DNA from: Acidobacteriota bacterium
GTDB taxonomy: Bacteria > Acidobacteriota > UBA6911 > RPQK01 > JADFOI01
Length of the DNA: 64,000 bases
Direction: 5' to 3'
Assembly (NCBI GenBank): GCA_963663035.1
Contig: OY760074.1
Span: 3,488,001 to 3,552,000, forward strand
In this document: piece after piece, positions 1 through 9,967 of the stretch
Layout: the number at the start of each line of letters is the position of its first letter
Numbering within the stretch: position 1 is the stretch's first letter
The notes under the pieces: model-generated
The model's database searches: none
The model's input: only the letters and a program-made list of their open reading frames with translations
What the model was told of the DNA's origin: nothing
Position numbers and translations under genes: made by a program

Positions 1-278
1 AAATTGCAGCTAGCCGTCCCGTGGTCGACAGTGAGTGGTTGACTCGGGACCGCCAGATCGGGAGCTCAGGACAGACCGTAACTCCTCGCCTCTATGTGGC
101 TTGTGGTATTTCCGGCGCCATTCAACACATCGTGGGAATGAAGAACTCTGATTGCATCGTAGCCATCAATACCGATCCCAATGCTCCCATTTTCAATATT
201 GCCACCTACGGAATTGTTGGGGACCTGTTCGAGATTGTCCCAGCCTTGACCAAGAAACTCCAAGAAGCCAAAGGTTAG
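1..278 (+). CDS. etfA: Electron transfer flavoprotein alpha subunit, C-terminal part (5' end outside window)
   Basis: Frame open from position 3: ASRPVVD...[25 protein letters not shown]...[10 protein letters not shown], the FAD-binding signature of EtfA. Confidence 0.95.
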   Translation, partial: IAASRPVVDSEWLTRDRQIGSSGQTVTPRLYVACGISGAIQHIVGMKNSDCIVAINTDPNAPIFNIATYGIVGDLFEIVPALTKKLQEAKG

Positions 279-471
279 CCCGCATTATGCATAAATTTTC
301 TGCTGCAGTGTCGCAATCATCCGCGCTGACTGCGTTGTGTTTCCTTGCGTTCCTCGACGTACTGCAAGAGTACGTCTGCGGGGGCTTGGGGTACCCGCTT
401 GCGGGTCGCACGCCTTGTCATCGCGGCGCTTGCGCCACTTCGCTACGAAAACCTATGCATACTGCGGGCTA
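276..471. mobile_element. MITE-like element, family A copy 1
   Basis: 18-bp terminal inverted repeat TAGCCCGCATTATGCATA (276-293) / TATGCATACTGCGGGCTA (454-471) with 1 mismatch. Internal hairpins. Left end overlaps the etfA TAG stop. Confidence 0.75.
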
Positions 472-481
472 GTCCGCGTCT

Positions 482-1510
482 ATGAAAGCACTCCTGATTC
501 GCCAGCACGGGGACTTGGAGCAAGTACGATTCGAGGAGATCGACGATCCTGCGATGCAGCCGGGCTGTGTTCGGGTGAGAATCCAAGCCACCTCCTTGAA
601 TCATTTAGATCTGCATACAGTAAGGGGACTTCCCGGCCGAAGTTTGAAGATGCCGCACATTCTCGGTTCGGACGGGGCTGGAGTGGTGGAAGCCACTGGA
701 CAGGGAGTGAGTCGTTTTTCTGAGGGCGAGCGGGTCCTGCTCAACGCCGTCCTGTCCTGTGGCAAGTGCGAATTTTGTATTCAGGGTGAAGAGAGCCGTT
801 GTGTCGATCTGCAGCTTCTGGGAGGACAGCTCAGCGGGACCCATGCCGAGTGTCTGGTGGTCCCGGAAGCCAATCTGGAGAAAATTCCGGAAAGTGTCTC
901 CTTCCAGGAGGCAGCTGCCTTTTCGCTGGTGTTTCAAACGGCCTGGCGCATGCTCAAAAACCGAGCACGACTTCAGCCGGGAGAAGATGTTTTCATCCAT
1001 GGAATCGGAGGTGGAGTCTCTTCTGCAGCACTGCAGATCGTCAAGCTCTTGGGCGGCAGGGTCTTTGTCAGTTCCTCCAGTGATGAGAAGTTGAAGCATG
1101 CTCGAGAGATGGGCGCTGACTTCGGGTACAACTACACCAAAACAGATGTGCTCCAGGAAGTGCTCGGAGTGACAGGAAAGCGAGGGGTGGACGTTGTCGT
1201 AGACAGCGTGGGAGATTCAACATGGGTCCAAAGCCTCCAGCTGGTCAAGAAAGGAGGGAAGATCGTCACCTGTGGAGCCACCTCGGGAAGCAATCCTGAA
1301 ACCGAAATTCGCCTGATTTTCTGGAAGCAGGTCGACATTCTCGGCTCCACCATGAGCAACCGAAAGGAGCACCAGGAAATCGTCGCGCTTTTAGGAGAGG
1401 GGAAGCTGAAACCCGTCATCGATAAGGAATTTGCTCTCTCGGAGGGAAAAGACGCTTTGCAGTATCTTCAACAGCAAAAGCAATTCGGAAAAGTAATCCT
1501 GGTTCCCTGA
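482..1510 (+). CDS. Zinc-binding MDR-family alcohol dehydrogenase / quinone oxidoreductase
   Basis: PHILGSDGAG, structural-zinc CGKCEFC...C, GIGGGVS Rossmann motif, C-terminal QFGKVIL. Confidence 0.9.
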   Translation: MKALLIRQHGDLEQVRFEEIDDPAMQPGCVRVRIQATSLNHLDLHTVRGLPGRSLKMPHILGSDGAGVVEATGQGVSRFSEGERVLLNAVLSCGKCEFCIQGEESRCVDLQLLGGQLSGTHAECLVVPEANLEKIPESVSFQEAAAFSLVFQTAWRMLKNRARLQPGEDVFIHGIGGGVSSAALQIVKLLGGRVFVSSSSDEKLKHAREMGADFGYNYTKTDVLQEVLGVTGKRGVDVVVDSVGDSTWVQSLQLVKKGGKIVTCGATSGSNPETEIRLIFWKQVDILGSTMSNRKEHQEIVALLGEGKLKPVIDKEFALSEGKDALQYLQQQKQFGKVILVP

Positions 1511-1546
1511 GCGCGGGTCAGTGGTCAGCGTTTCACCGGTCAGCGT

Positions 1547-2521
1547 TTAGAATGTTTGGGTGAGGAACTCAAGTTCTTCTTTCAAGTGATCCCTGATCAG
1601 GACCCACCCGTGAGGTTCTCCGTCGAAAACTCGGAAGACGTGTGAAATTCCTCTTTCGGTCAGGGTCTGGTCAATTGTCTGGAGACCCTTCTCCATGGGG
1701 AAGGCATCCAGGTAGCGGTCGGCCGTACCGTAGGAGAAATAAACCTTCAAATCCTTCAGGTCACTTTCGCGGGCTAACAACTCCACACTGTTGTCGAGCC
1801 AATGATCACGATCAAACGGCATCCCGAAAACGGGCTTAAATAATTGGACGAAGAACTCCGCTCTCCGCGATGGAGAGTTAAGGACTAGCTCGGAGGGATC
1901 CTCACCCAAAAGTACAATCGGTGAGCCAGCCATGACCGAGCTGAATAGCTCAGGTTGTTTCATGGCGATTTTCAATGCCCCATACCCTCCCATGGAGGTC
2001 CCAGCGATAGCGCGGTTCTCTCGCCCAGTGTCAACGCGAAATTTCTTTTCGACCTCTTGAATCAGGTCCTTGTAAATGAATTGCTCCGTCTTCTTGGTTC
2101 CGTCCAGAGAATCTGTGTAAAAACTGTTTCCTCCCTTGGGATGGACCATCAGGAATTGTGGGAGGTTTCCCTCGAGGAGCAGGTTTTCAATGAGCGAAGG
2201 GATGTTCCCATACCTTGCCACTGCCCAGCTGGTATGGTCATTATTCAGTCCATGAAGAAAATAGATGACCGGAAATCGCCTATTGGTTTCCTTGTCGTAG
2301 GCTGGGGGGAAGAAGATACTGTATTCTCCCTGCCCTCCCAGTTCAGCGGAGGAAAACTCGTGAAATTCTACTCGCGATCCTCCCTCCAGGTGAATGGTTT
2401 GAGGATCGGGGATGCGTTGTGGTGGACCGCCTCCTCGCTGAGCCCAGCTCGAGCTGGAGGCTAGAGAAATCGCCAGAATCGGTAGTACGAAGAACCTTAC
2501 ACTTAGCTTTGCCACGTTCAT
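1547..2521 (-). CDS. Secreted alpha/beta-hydrolase esterase (Fes/FrmB-like esterase family)
   Basis: Signal peptide, FPVIYFLHG, nucleophile GTSMGG, C-terminal H-x-W. Confidence 0.85.
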   Translation of the reverse strand: MNVAKLSVRFFVLPILAISLASSSSWAQRGGGPPQRIPDPQTIHLEGGSRVEFHEFSSAELGGQGEYSIFFPPAYDKETNRRFPVIYFLHGLNNDHTSWAVARYGNIPSLIENLLLEGNLPQFLMVHPKGGNSFYTDSLDGTKKTEQFIYKDLIQEVEKKFRVDTGRENRAIAGTSMGGYGALKIAMKQPELFSSVMAGSPIVLLGEDPSELVLNSPSRRAEFFVQLFKPVFGMPFDRDHWLDNSVELLARESDLKDLKVYFSYGTADRYLDAFPMEKGLQTIDQTLTERGISHVFRVFDGEPHGWVLIRDHLKEELEFLTQTF

Positions 2522-2530
2522 CCTGCCAGG

Positions 2531-3592
2531 TTAGAGGGACTTGAGACTTCTTAGTATTTTCTTGATATACGAGGAAACAGGATAACCTTTCTCACCCGGT
2601 CTCGTCCAGGTGAATCTTGGGCGGGGTGCCGGACTTTTGAGGGAGACCAAAACGGGATGAAAGTTCAGCTTCCGAAAGGTAATCTGATGGGTCACGGGGG
2701 CAGCTCTCTTCCTGACCTTTAGATCCAACCCGTGAGTCTTCAGAAAAGTTTCTGCCAGATGGGGAGTCGGTTGTCCCTGGACCCGGGGAAACTCCCAGAA
2801 TCCTCTCAGGAAAGTTTCATCCCAGTTTTGGGTGAGCAGATATTTTTCGCCTTTGGCAATCAAGGCGACGGTATGGTGAAACTCCTGGACAGAAGGCCGG
2901 GTCCGTGGTCGAGGGAGAGTCTCCTGAAGCCCTGCTTTGTTGGCCATGCAGCTTTCGGTGAGTGGGCATGAAGCGCACAGAGGGTTGCGAGGCTTACACA
3001 CCAGGGACCCGATTTCCATCAGAGCCTGGTTAAAATCGCGGATATTTTTCGTAACAGAGGCTTCATTGACAAGCTGGGCAAGAAATTTCCGCAGCTTCCC
3101 CACGATGGTGCGCTCAAGATCGTCTTCGATCTTGAGATAGCGAGTGAAAAATCGGGTGATGTTGCCGTCCAGGATGGGGAGAGGTTCTCCATGTGCGAGA
3201 GAAAGGATTGCCCCGGCCGTGTAGTCTCCGATGCCGGGCAGCTCCAGGGCCTGGCTGAGGTCGCTAGGGAATTCTCCACCATGTCGTTCACAGACCATCT
3301 GCGCGGCTCTATGGAGGTTTCGTGCCCGCCTGTAATATCCCAAGCCGGACCAGGAAGAGAGAATTTCGCTTTCTTCTGCTTTGGCCAGATCTTCTACGGT
3401 TGGGTAGCTTCTCAGGAATTCTTCGAAGTAAGGCACTACGGTCTTGACCTGCGTCTGCTGGAGCATGACTTCGGAAACCCACACTCGATAAGGATCAGGA
3501 TCATTGCGCCAGGGAAGGTCGCGCTTGTTGTCCCGGTACCACCCTAGAAGACGAGGGGCGAATTCCGTGACGGGAATGGGCAGCCGCAGCAT
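2531..3592 (-). CDS. mutY: A/G-specific adenine glycosylase MutY
   Basis: WVSEVMLQQTQV, GLGYYRRARNLH, HhH LPGIGDYTAGA, Fe-S motif C-x6-C-x2-C-x5-C. Confidence 0.96.
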   Translation of the reverse strand: MLRLPIPVTEFAPRLLGWYRDNKRDLPWRNDPDPYRVWVSEVMLQQTQVKTVVPYFEEFLRSYPTVEDLAKAEESEILSSWSGLGYYRRARNLHRAAQMVCERHGGEFPSDLSQALELPGIGDYTAGAILSLAHGEPLPILDGNITRFFTRYLKIEDDLERTIVGKLRKFLAQLVNEASVTKNIRDFNQALMEIGSLVCKPRNPLCASCPLTESCMANKAGLQETLPRPRTRPSVQEFHHTVALIAKGEKYLLTQNWDETFLRGFWEFPRVQGQPTPHLAETFLKTHGLDLKVRKRAAPVTHQITFRKLNFHPVLVSLKSPAPRPRFTWTRPGEKGYPVSSYIKKILRSLKSL

Positions 3593-3594
3593 TG

Positions 3595-4758
3595 TTATTT
3601 AAGCAGAAGCTTGGCAATGGTGGCCAGCTGGATGTTTGAGGTTCCCTCGTAAATCTTTCCGACCTTGGCGTCCCGAAAATATTTTTCCACAGGATACTCC
3701 TTGGTGTAACCATAACCGCCAAAGATATCTATCACTTGGGAAGTGACTCTTTCTGCTACCCAGGAACTGAAGTATTTAGCCATGGCCGCCTGTTTAATAA
3801 AATCTTTTCCCGCATCTTTGAGCCGCGCCGCGTTGTGGACCAACAATTGGGCGGCTTCCAATTCGGTCGCCATCTTGGCAAGAGGGAACTGGATGCCCTG
3901 AAAACTGGCAATGGGTTTACCGAAGGCCTCACGTTCCTGGGAATATTCGACTGCATATTCAAATGCTCCTCGAGTCAATCCGATCATCTGGGCCCCGATT
4001 CCGATTCGACCTTCGTTGAGGCTCTCCATGGCCACCTTGTAGCCCTTTCCAACCTCCCCCAAGACATTGGATAGTGGGATCTCACAGTCCTCCAGGATGA
4101 GCTCGCAGGTGGAGGAAGCTCGAATCCCCAGTTTCTTCTCCTTTTTTCCAACCGAGAAGCCTTCAAAGCCGCGCTCGACCAGAAAAGCTGTGATCCCCTT
4201 ATAACCCTTTTCCGGTGCGGCGTTGGCAAAGACAATAAAAAGTGAAGCTTCCGATCCGTTTGTGACCCACAGTTTGTGACCGTTGAGAAGGAATCTGTCC
4301 TTATGTCTCTCGGCTCTCGTGCGCAGTGAGAAGGCGTCGCTACCCGAGCTGGCTTCCGAAAGGGCATACGCTCCCACCCATTCTGAAGCCAAACGGGGAA
4401 GATAACGTTTCTTTTGTTCCGCCGATCCCCAGCCAAGGATGGCGTTGTTGACCAGGGTGTTTTGCACGTCCACCATCACTCCCACAGAGGCATCCACCCG
4501 ACTCAGTTCTTCAACGGCTACAACGGACATGAAGAACGTTGATTCAGAGCCGCCCAGAGAAGTGGGGATTCCGATCCCCATGAGTCCGAGCTGGAAACAT
4601 TTCTTGATGATTTCCGAATCGATCTCTTCCTGCTCATCCATCCTCATGACGTGAGGGCGAATCTCGTGCAGAGAGAAGTTCGCCACACTCTCTTTAAACA
4701 GGTTTTCTTCTTCGGAAAGTTCGCTTAAGGGAGTTCTCTCTTCTGGATCAGGGGGCAT
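3595..4758 (-). CDS. Acyl-CoA dehydrogenase, short/branched-chain type (start at 4758 or 4794 uncertain)
   Basis: YALSEASSGSDA, KLGIRASST, FGGYGYTKEYPVEKYFRDAKVGKIYEGTSNIQ. Confidence 0.93.
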   Translation of the reverse strand: MPPDPEERTPLSELSEEENLFKESVANFSLHEIRPHVMRMDEQEEIDSEIIKKCFQLGLMGIGIPTSLGGSESTFFMSVVAVEELSRVDASVGVMVDVQNTLVNNAILGWGSAEQKKRYLPRLASEWVGAYALSEASSGSDAFSLRTRAERHKDRFLLNGHKLWVTNGSEASLFIVFANAAPEKGYKGITAFLVERGFEGFSVGKKEKKLGIRASSTCELILEDCEIPLSNVLGEVGKGYKVAMESLNEGRIGIGAQMIGLTRGAFEYAVEYSQEREAFGKPIASFQGIQFPLAKMATELEAAQLLVHNAARLKDAGKDFIKQAAMAKYFSSWVAERVTSQVIDIFGGYGYTKEYPVEKYFRDAKVGKIYEGTSNIQLATIAKLLLK

Positions 4759-4821
4759 AATGTAGGCCTTTGATGTCGACGGTCTCGTTATCATACACTG
4801 AGACGTTGTCTCGACAGAACT

Positions 4822-5100
4822 CTAGTGTCCCGTCCCATTTATACCCAGACATTTGCTGATGGGGCTTGGGAGGGGAGATCAAGGAGCGAGGAGGAGGTGA
4901 TGCAGGGACATCGGCGACGACGAGCGACGCAGAGACCGCCCGCAACCCCCATCAGCCCGAAGGGTGGCGGCGGGACGGCATCAATTTCTTTGTCGCTCCT
5001 CCTCCGCGATGCACACAGACATCGCGTTGTCGTCGCTTCGCGAACTCGACGCCGTCGCGCTCGCCACAAACGGCAAGGTATTCATGGGACGGGACACTAG
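4822..5100. mobile_element. MITE-like element, family B copy 1, inserted in the 5' end of dinB
   Basis: Perfect 17-bp inverted repeat CTAGTGTCCCGTCCCAT (4822-4838) / ATGGGACGGGACACTAG (5084-5100). Right half is near-identical to 50940-51065. Confidence 0.85.
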
Positions 5101-6178
5101 CTGGAATCGAACCATTTTTCACGTTGATATGGACGCCTTTTACTCGTCCGTTGAGCAGCGTGAGCACCCAGAGTACCGGGGTAAAGCGGTGGTTGTGGGA
5201 GCGGATCCTCAAGAGGGGAAAGGTCGAGGAGTCGTGGCCGCCTGTTCCTACGTGGCACGAACCTTCGGAATCCATTCCGCAATGCCGATCAGCCAGGCTT
5301 TTCGATTGTGCCCAACTGGAATTTATTTACGGCCTGATTTCAAAAAATATACCCAGGTGAGCCGTGAAATCCGGACCATCTTTCGTTCCTTCTCTGATCT
5401 GGTGGAGCCCCTCAGTATTGACGAGGCCTTTCTCGACATGTCTCACCAGGTGAAGGACCCTGCAACAGCCCTTGAACTCGCCCAGTCTTTGAAAGCTGAA
5501 ATTGTCCAGACCCAACACCTCACCTCATCCGTTGGGATCGCTCCCAGCAAGTTCGTTGCCAAGATTGCCTCAGACCTCGAGAAACCCGATGGCTTAGTCC
5601 TGGTGTGCCTGGATCAGGTGCAAAGTTTTCTCGATCCTCTTCCTATTTCGCGCCTTTGGGGCGTGGGACCAAAAACTGAAACAAAACTCTCTGAGATGGA
5701 AATCAGGACCATTTTGCAGCTTCGCCATTACGACAAACGAGCGTTGGTAGAGCGTTTTGGAAAATTTTGGGTGCACTTGTGGCGCTTGTCCAATGGCCTT
5801 GACGATCGGCCCGTGGTGCAGAATCGGGAGGCTAAATCCATTGGGCACGAAACCACTTTTGCTGAGGATGCCTGGGAGAACGAAACTCTCGAACACGCTC
5901 TAGAAGGCCTCAGCAGCCGTGTCTCCCAACGGCTGTGTCAAAGAGGACTGTCCGGCAAGACAGTCACTCTTAAACTGCGTTACTCGGATTTCACCACCAT
6001 CACCCGGCAAACCACCCTGCGGGAAGCGCTGGACAGTGGGTCAGATATCTATTCCATGGTCCGGAAGTTGCTGCGGAAGTTTCGTGACCCGGAACGCAGG
6101 ATTCGTCTGGTCGGTGTCTCTGTCTCTTCCCTGCAAACGGACTCCCAGCTCAGCCAGGGACAAATGAAGCTCTTTTAA
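5084..6178 (+). CDS. dinB: DNA polymerase IV
   Basis: IFHVDMDAFYSSVE, SIDEAFLD, AKIASDLEKPDG, IRLVGV. Start assigned to the ATG inside the MITE right repeat. Confidence 0.95.
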   Translation: MGRDTSWNRTIFHVDMDAFYSSVEQREHPEYRGKAVVVGADPQEGKGRGVVAACSYVARTFGIHSAMPISQAFRLCPTGIYLRPDFKKYTQVSREIRTIFRSFSDLVEPLSIDEAFLDMSHQVKDPATALELAQSLKAEIVQTQHLTSSVGIAPSKFVAKIASDLEKPDGLVLVCLDQVQSFLDPLPISRLWGVGPKTETKLSEMEIRTILQLRHYDKRALVERFGKFWVHLWRLSNGLDDRPVVQNREAKSIGHETTFAEDAWENETLEHALEGLSSRVSQRLCQRGLSGKTVTLKLRYSDFTTITRQTTLREALDSGSDIYSMVRKLLRKFRDPERRIRLVGVSVSSLQTDSQLSQGQMKLF

Positions 6179-7404
6179 CTCTTCTCTATGAGGCACTCAG
6201 GGTCTTCAAGGAGGGGAATGATGTGATGCAGAAATTGAGCAGCCAGAGTTCCGTCCACAACCCGGTGGTCTGAAGAAAGACTCAGATTCATCATTTTGCG
6301 CACGACGATTTGGCCATCCCGCACGACAGGCTTCTCGGAAATCTTGTGTAGTGCGAGAATTGCAACTTCAGGGTAATGGATGATGGGAATGGCCAGGACT
6401 CCTCCCAGCGCTCCCAAACTCGTGATGGTGAAGGTTCCCGCCTTCAAATCCTCGAGCCTGGTTTTGCCCTCCACAGCGGCCTTGGAAAGCTGGGCGATTT
6501 CCTGGGCAAGCTGAAGCAGGTCTTTCTTATCCACCTCCTTCACCACGGGAACGATCAACCCGTTGGGAGTGTTGGTGGCGATTCCGATGTTGTAATATTT
6601 CTTGAGCTGAATGACTCCCTGTTCTTCATCAAGAGAGGAATTGAGTAGGGGAAACTCCCTCAGTCCGCTGACTGCGGCCTTCATGAAGAAGGGAAGATAG
6701 GTCAGACGTACTTTCTTGCCTTGGCTTGATTGAAGAAGCTGTTTGCGCAAACGCACCAGTTCTGTTGCGTCCAGTTCCTCTACATAGGTGAAGTGAGCAG
6801 CTGTTTTTTGGGAGTTCACCAGATGTTCGCCCATCTTTTTGCGAACTCCACGATAGGGAATGGTCTCCACTTCACCACCTGAAGGCACATCTATCGCCCC
6901 GGTGGGCTGGGTGTCCCCTGCCGGCCCCTTCAGAGCCTCGAGATCCTCCCTGGTCACCTTTCCACCTCGTCCGCTGCCTCGAATCTTACTGAGATCAACC
7001 CCCATCTGACGGGCAAGAGCACGAACTGCTGGCGTGGCCAGCACTGCACCTTGGGCAGGCTGTTTGCCCTGCTTGGGAGCAGACATGTCTGTGGGGGCCC
7101 CGGCTCGAGGTTTCGCCAACTGAGCCTGAATGCTTTCCTCGATTGCCGCCCTTTCCTCCTCGTCTCCTTCTTTCTCGATGACCACCAGAGTTGCTCCCAC
7201 TTCGATCAGGTCTCCCTCTTCTCCGATCCGCCTGGCGATCTTGCCCTTTAATGGAGAGGGAATTTCCACTGTGGCTTTATCAGTCAACACTTCCACAATG
7301 GGCTGATCCTCTTCAATAGACTCTCCCTCCTGGACCAGCCAACGCACGATTTCTCCCTCCACGATGCCTTCCCCGATGTCAGGAAACTTGAATTCAAAAG
7401 CCAT
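6175..7404 (-). CDS. 2-oxoacid dehydrogenase E2 dihydrolipoamide acyltransferase
   Basis: Lipoyl domain TDKA, E3-binding ATPAVRALA...GSGRGG, catalytic DHRVVDG. Confidence 0.95.
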   Translation of the reverse strand: MAFEFKFPDIGEGIVEGEIVRWLVQEGESIEEDQPIVEVLTDKATVEIPSPLKGKIARRIGEEGDLIEVGATLVVIEKEGDEEERAAIEESIQAQLAKPRAGAPTDMSAPKQGKQPAQGAVLATPAVRALARQMGVDLSKIRGSGRGGKVTREDLEALKGPAGDTQPTGAIDVPSGGEVETIPYRGVRKKMGEHLVNSQKTAAHFTYVEELDATELVRLRKQLLQSSQGKKVRLTYLPFFMKAAVSGLREFPLLNSSLDEEQGVIQLKKYYNIGIATNTPNGLIVPVVKEVDKKDLLQLAQEIAQLSKAAVEGKTRLEDLKAGTFTITSLGALGGVLAIPIIHYPEVAILALHKISEKPVVRDGQIVVRKMMNLSLSSDHRVVDGTLAAQFLHHIIPLLEDPECLIEKS

Positions 7405-7418
7405 AGCGATAGTGGAGT

Positions 7419-8396
7419 TCAGAAATCCATGCTGTCTCTGAGCGCTTTTCGGATGCGTTTCTCATTGGGTAGATATTCCGGCTCAAAGACATAGGGGACG
7501 GGAGTGTCAAAGCCGGTTACCCTCAGAATAGGCGCTTGAAGATGAAGGAGAGCCTTTTCACTGATGGTTGCCGCCAGCTCTGCTCCGAAGCCGCATGTCC
7601 TGGGAGCCTCATGGACGATGACTACCCTGCCCGTCTTCTTGACCGATGCAATGATGGATTCGATATCGTAAGGCAGTAGCGTGCGCAGGTCGATGACTTC
7701 TACGGAAATCTGGTCCTCCTGGGCAGCCTTCTCAGCAGCTTCTACCGTCACCGGCACCATTGCCCCATAGGTCACGATGGTGATGTCTTTTCCGTCTCGA
7801 GGCACCGTCGCCTTGCCCAGTTCGATGACGTATTCTCCCTCGGGCACCTCACCTCGTACCGCTCTGTAGAGGCGCTTGGGTTCCAAGAATATGACGGGAT
7901 TGTTATCCCGGATCGAAGCAATCAGCAAGCCTTTGGCATCGTAAGGATTGGAAGGCATCACGACTTTCAGTCCTGCGGTATGGATGAAATAAGCTTCTGG
8001 ACTCTGCGAGTGGTAATGACCGCCTTTGATCCCGCCTCCGCAGGGGCTTCGAATCACCATGGGACAGGTGTACTGCCCACCTGATCGATAGCGCATCTTA
8101 GCGACTTCATTGACGATCTGGTCAAAAGCGGGGTAAATGAAGTCAACAAACTGAATCTCCGGCACCGGACGCAGTCCGTATAGCGCCATGCCGAGGGCAC
8201 TCCCAACAATCCCGGCTTCGGCCAGTGGTGTGTCAAAGACCCGATCCGGACCGAATTCATCTAAGAGTCCTTGAGTGGCGCGGAAGACGCCACCGAACTT
8301 TCCCACATCTTCGCCCAGAATGATGACCCGGTCGTCGCGCTTCATTTCAGTGCGCATTGCATCATTGACGGCCTGTATGATGTTAACGGTTGGCAT
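7419..8396 (-). CDS. 2-oxoacid (pyruvate/branched-chain) dehydrogenase E1 beta
   Basis: GEDVGKFGGVFRAT, DTPLAEAGIVG, EIQF, HSQS. Confidence 0.95.
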   Translation of the reverse strand: MPTVNIIQAVNDAMRTEMKRDDRVIILGEDVGKFGGVFRATQGLLDEFGPDRVFDTPLAEAGIVGSALGMALYGLRPVPEIQFVDFIYPAFDQIVNEVAKMRYRSGGQYTCPMVIRSPCGGGIKGGHYHSQSPEAYFIHTAGLKVVMPSNPYDAKGLLIASIRDNNPVIFLEPKRLYRAVRGEVPEGEYVIELGKATVPRDGKDITIVTYGAMVPVTVEAAEKAAQEDQISVEVIDLRTLLPYDIESIIASVKKTGRVVIVHEAPRTCGFGAELAATISEKALLHLQAPILRVTGFDTPVPYVFEPEYLPNEKRIRKALRDSMDF

Positions 8397-8438
8397 TAAT
8401 TTCGCGCTCGCTCGCATCGTGCTCCTGAAGCAAGCTGA

Positions 8439-9539
8439 CTAGTCCTTTTGTTGCGAGGCTTCGCTCTCTAATACAGCGCGAAGTTCCTCACGCTGTTCTT
8501 CCAGGTGCCAGGGGACGCTGTCCAGCACATCCTCGAACATCGTATCGATGGATGGTGGGCCAATTTTCTCAGCCTTTTTCAAGGCCGCGTCGATTTCGTT
8601 TTTGATATCTTCCTCCAACCCAACATCCTTTTTTTCACTCCAAGTTCCCTTGCCGATGAGATAGGACTTGAAACGAGAAATCGGATCTTTCTTTATCCAC
8701 TCCTCTACTTCTTTGTCATCTCGGTAAACTCGTGGATCGTCGGATGTGGTGTGAGGTCCCTGACGATAAGTCACGGCCTCAATCAGGGTCGGTCCTTTTC
8801 CCTGGCGAGCTTTTTCAGCTGCTTTCCGGGTGACTTCATAGACGGCCAAGATATCGTTGCCGTCGACTTGCACGCCTTCGATATTGTAGGCCGTAGCCTT
8901 GATGGCGAATGATGGTGAAGCGGTCTGAACTTCTCGCGGGACCGAGATTGCCCATTGGTTGTTCCGGCACAAAAATATTGTGGCCGCTTTGTAAACACCG
9001 GCGAAATTCAAGGCCACATGGAAGTCCCCCTCTGAGGTAGCACCATCGCCGAAAAAGACCAGCGCAAGGTCCTGAGTGCCCTGTAGTCGAGCAGCCATTC
9101 CGATGCCTGTGGCATGTGGTATTTGATTTCCAACCGGACTCGAGATGGAACCAAAGCGCAATTTATAGGAGGCATAGTGATTGGGCATCTGCCTGCCCTT
9201 GATCTGGTCTTCGGCGTTACCAAATAACTGGCAGAAGAGCTCATGGAGAGAGAAGCCACGCAGCAAAGCTGCTCCTAACTCACGATAGCAGGGAATGACC
9301 CAATCCTTTGGCTTGAGAGCAAAAGTGCTTCCAATGATCGAGGCTTCCTCACCGACAGAACCAACGTAGAAACCAATCCTCCCTTGTCTTTGGAGTGTAA
9401 CCATCCGCTCATCGACTCGACGATTGAGCAGCATCACACGATACAAGCGGATAAGATTCTTCTCGCTGATGGAGGGGACCTTCTGTCCCTTCAACACCTT
9501 TCCGTCAGAGCCCAGAATCCTGATCAATTCCTCCGACAT
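8439..9539 (-). CDS. 2-oxoacid dehydrogenase E1 alpha
   Basis: QRQGRIGFY, TPP motif GDGATSEGDFH...NN, HTTSDDP. Confidence 0.95.
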   Translation of the reverse strand: MSEELIRILGSDGKVLKGQKVPSISEKNLIRLYRVMLLNRRVDERMVTLQRQGRIGFYVGSVGEEASIIGSTFALKPKDWVIPCYRELGAALLRGFSLHELFCQLFGNAEDQIKGRQMPNHYASYKLRFGSISSPVGNQIPHATGIGMAARLQGTQDLALVFFGDGATSEGDFHVALNFAGVYKAATIFLCRNNQWAISVPREVQTASPSFAIKATAYNIEGVQVDGNDILAVYEVTRKAAEKARQGKGPTLIEAVTYRQGPHTTSDDPRVYRDDKEVEEWIKKDPISRFKSYLIGKGTWSEKKDVGLEEDIKNEIDAALKKAEKIGPPSIDTMFEDVLDSVPWHLEEQREELRAVLESEASQQKD

Positions 9540-9692
9540 AAGCTTGGAATTATAGCTTTGGCACTTTCCTCACACAAGCACGGGGGCCGCGGACAACTGA
9601 CAACGGCGCGCGCAGCGCGCTCTGTGATGTCATACCAACACGTTATATAGGCTAAGAAACTTTTCATACGATCATACGAAAGGAGTCAACGT

Positions 9693-9863
9693 ATGGCGAA
9701 GGCAAAAGCAAAGAAGAAAGCTACCAAGAAGAAAGCTACCAAGAAGAAAGCCACCAAGAAGAAAGCCACCAAGAAGAAGGTTGCCAAGAAGAAAGCCACC
9801 AAGAAGAAGGCCACCAAGAAGAAGGTTGCCAAGAAGAAGGCCGCCAAGAAGAGAAGAAGGTAG
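9693..9863 (+). CDS. Small Lys/Ala-rich histone-H1-like protein (56 aa), absent from the ORF track
   Basis: SD AAGGAG at 9680-9685. Protein MAKAKA(KKKAT)4 KKKVA (KKKAT)2 KKKVA KKKAA KKRRR, built from 15-nt units. Confidence 0.85.
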   Translation: MAKAKAKKKATKKKATKKKATKKKATKKKVAKKKATKKKATKKKVAKKKAAKKRRR

Positions 9864-9871
9864 CTAGTAGT

Positions 9872-9899
9872 GGGCTCGGTCGCTGTACGCACCGGGCCC
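9872..9899. terminator. GC-rich hairpin between convergent genes, possible terminator
   Basis: GGGCTCGGT-N10-ACCGGGCCC immediately after the H1-like stop; no strong U tract. Confidence 0.35.
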
Positions 9900-9967
9900 C
9901 TCCCTTTCTCCCCAAACGATCAGCCCTCCAACCCGTCCTCCAGAATCACTAAGCGGAGTGTCTTCTG

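Noticed and set aside
4795-4825. LexA box upstream of dinB
   Set aside because: No convincing GTTC-N7-GTTC, CTGT-N8-ACAG or GAAC-N4-GTTC match seen
4964-5083. Extended dinB N-terminus in the ORF track, and similarly gatA 50929-51069 and pdxJ 58445-58537
   Set aside because: These extensions are translations of MITE or REP sequence, not conserved protein
9686-9892. 68-aa FFLVA-repeat ORF on -
   Set aside because: Antisense of the Lys-rich gene, which has the SD and start codon
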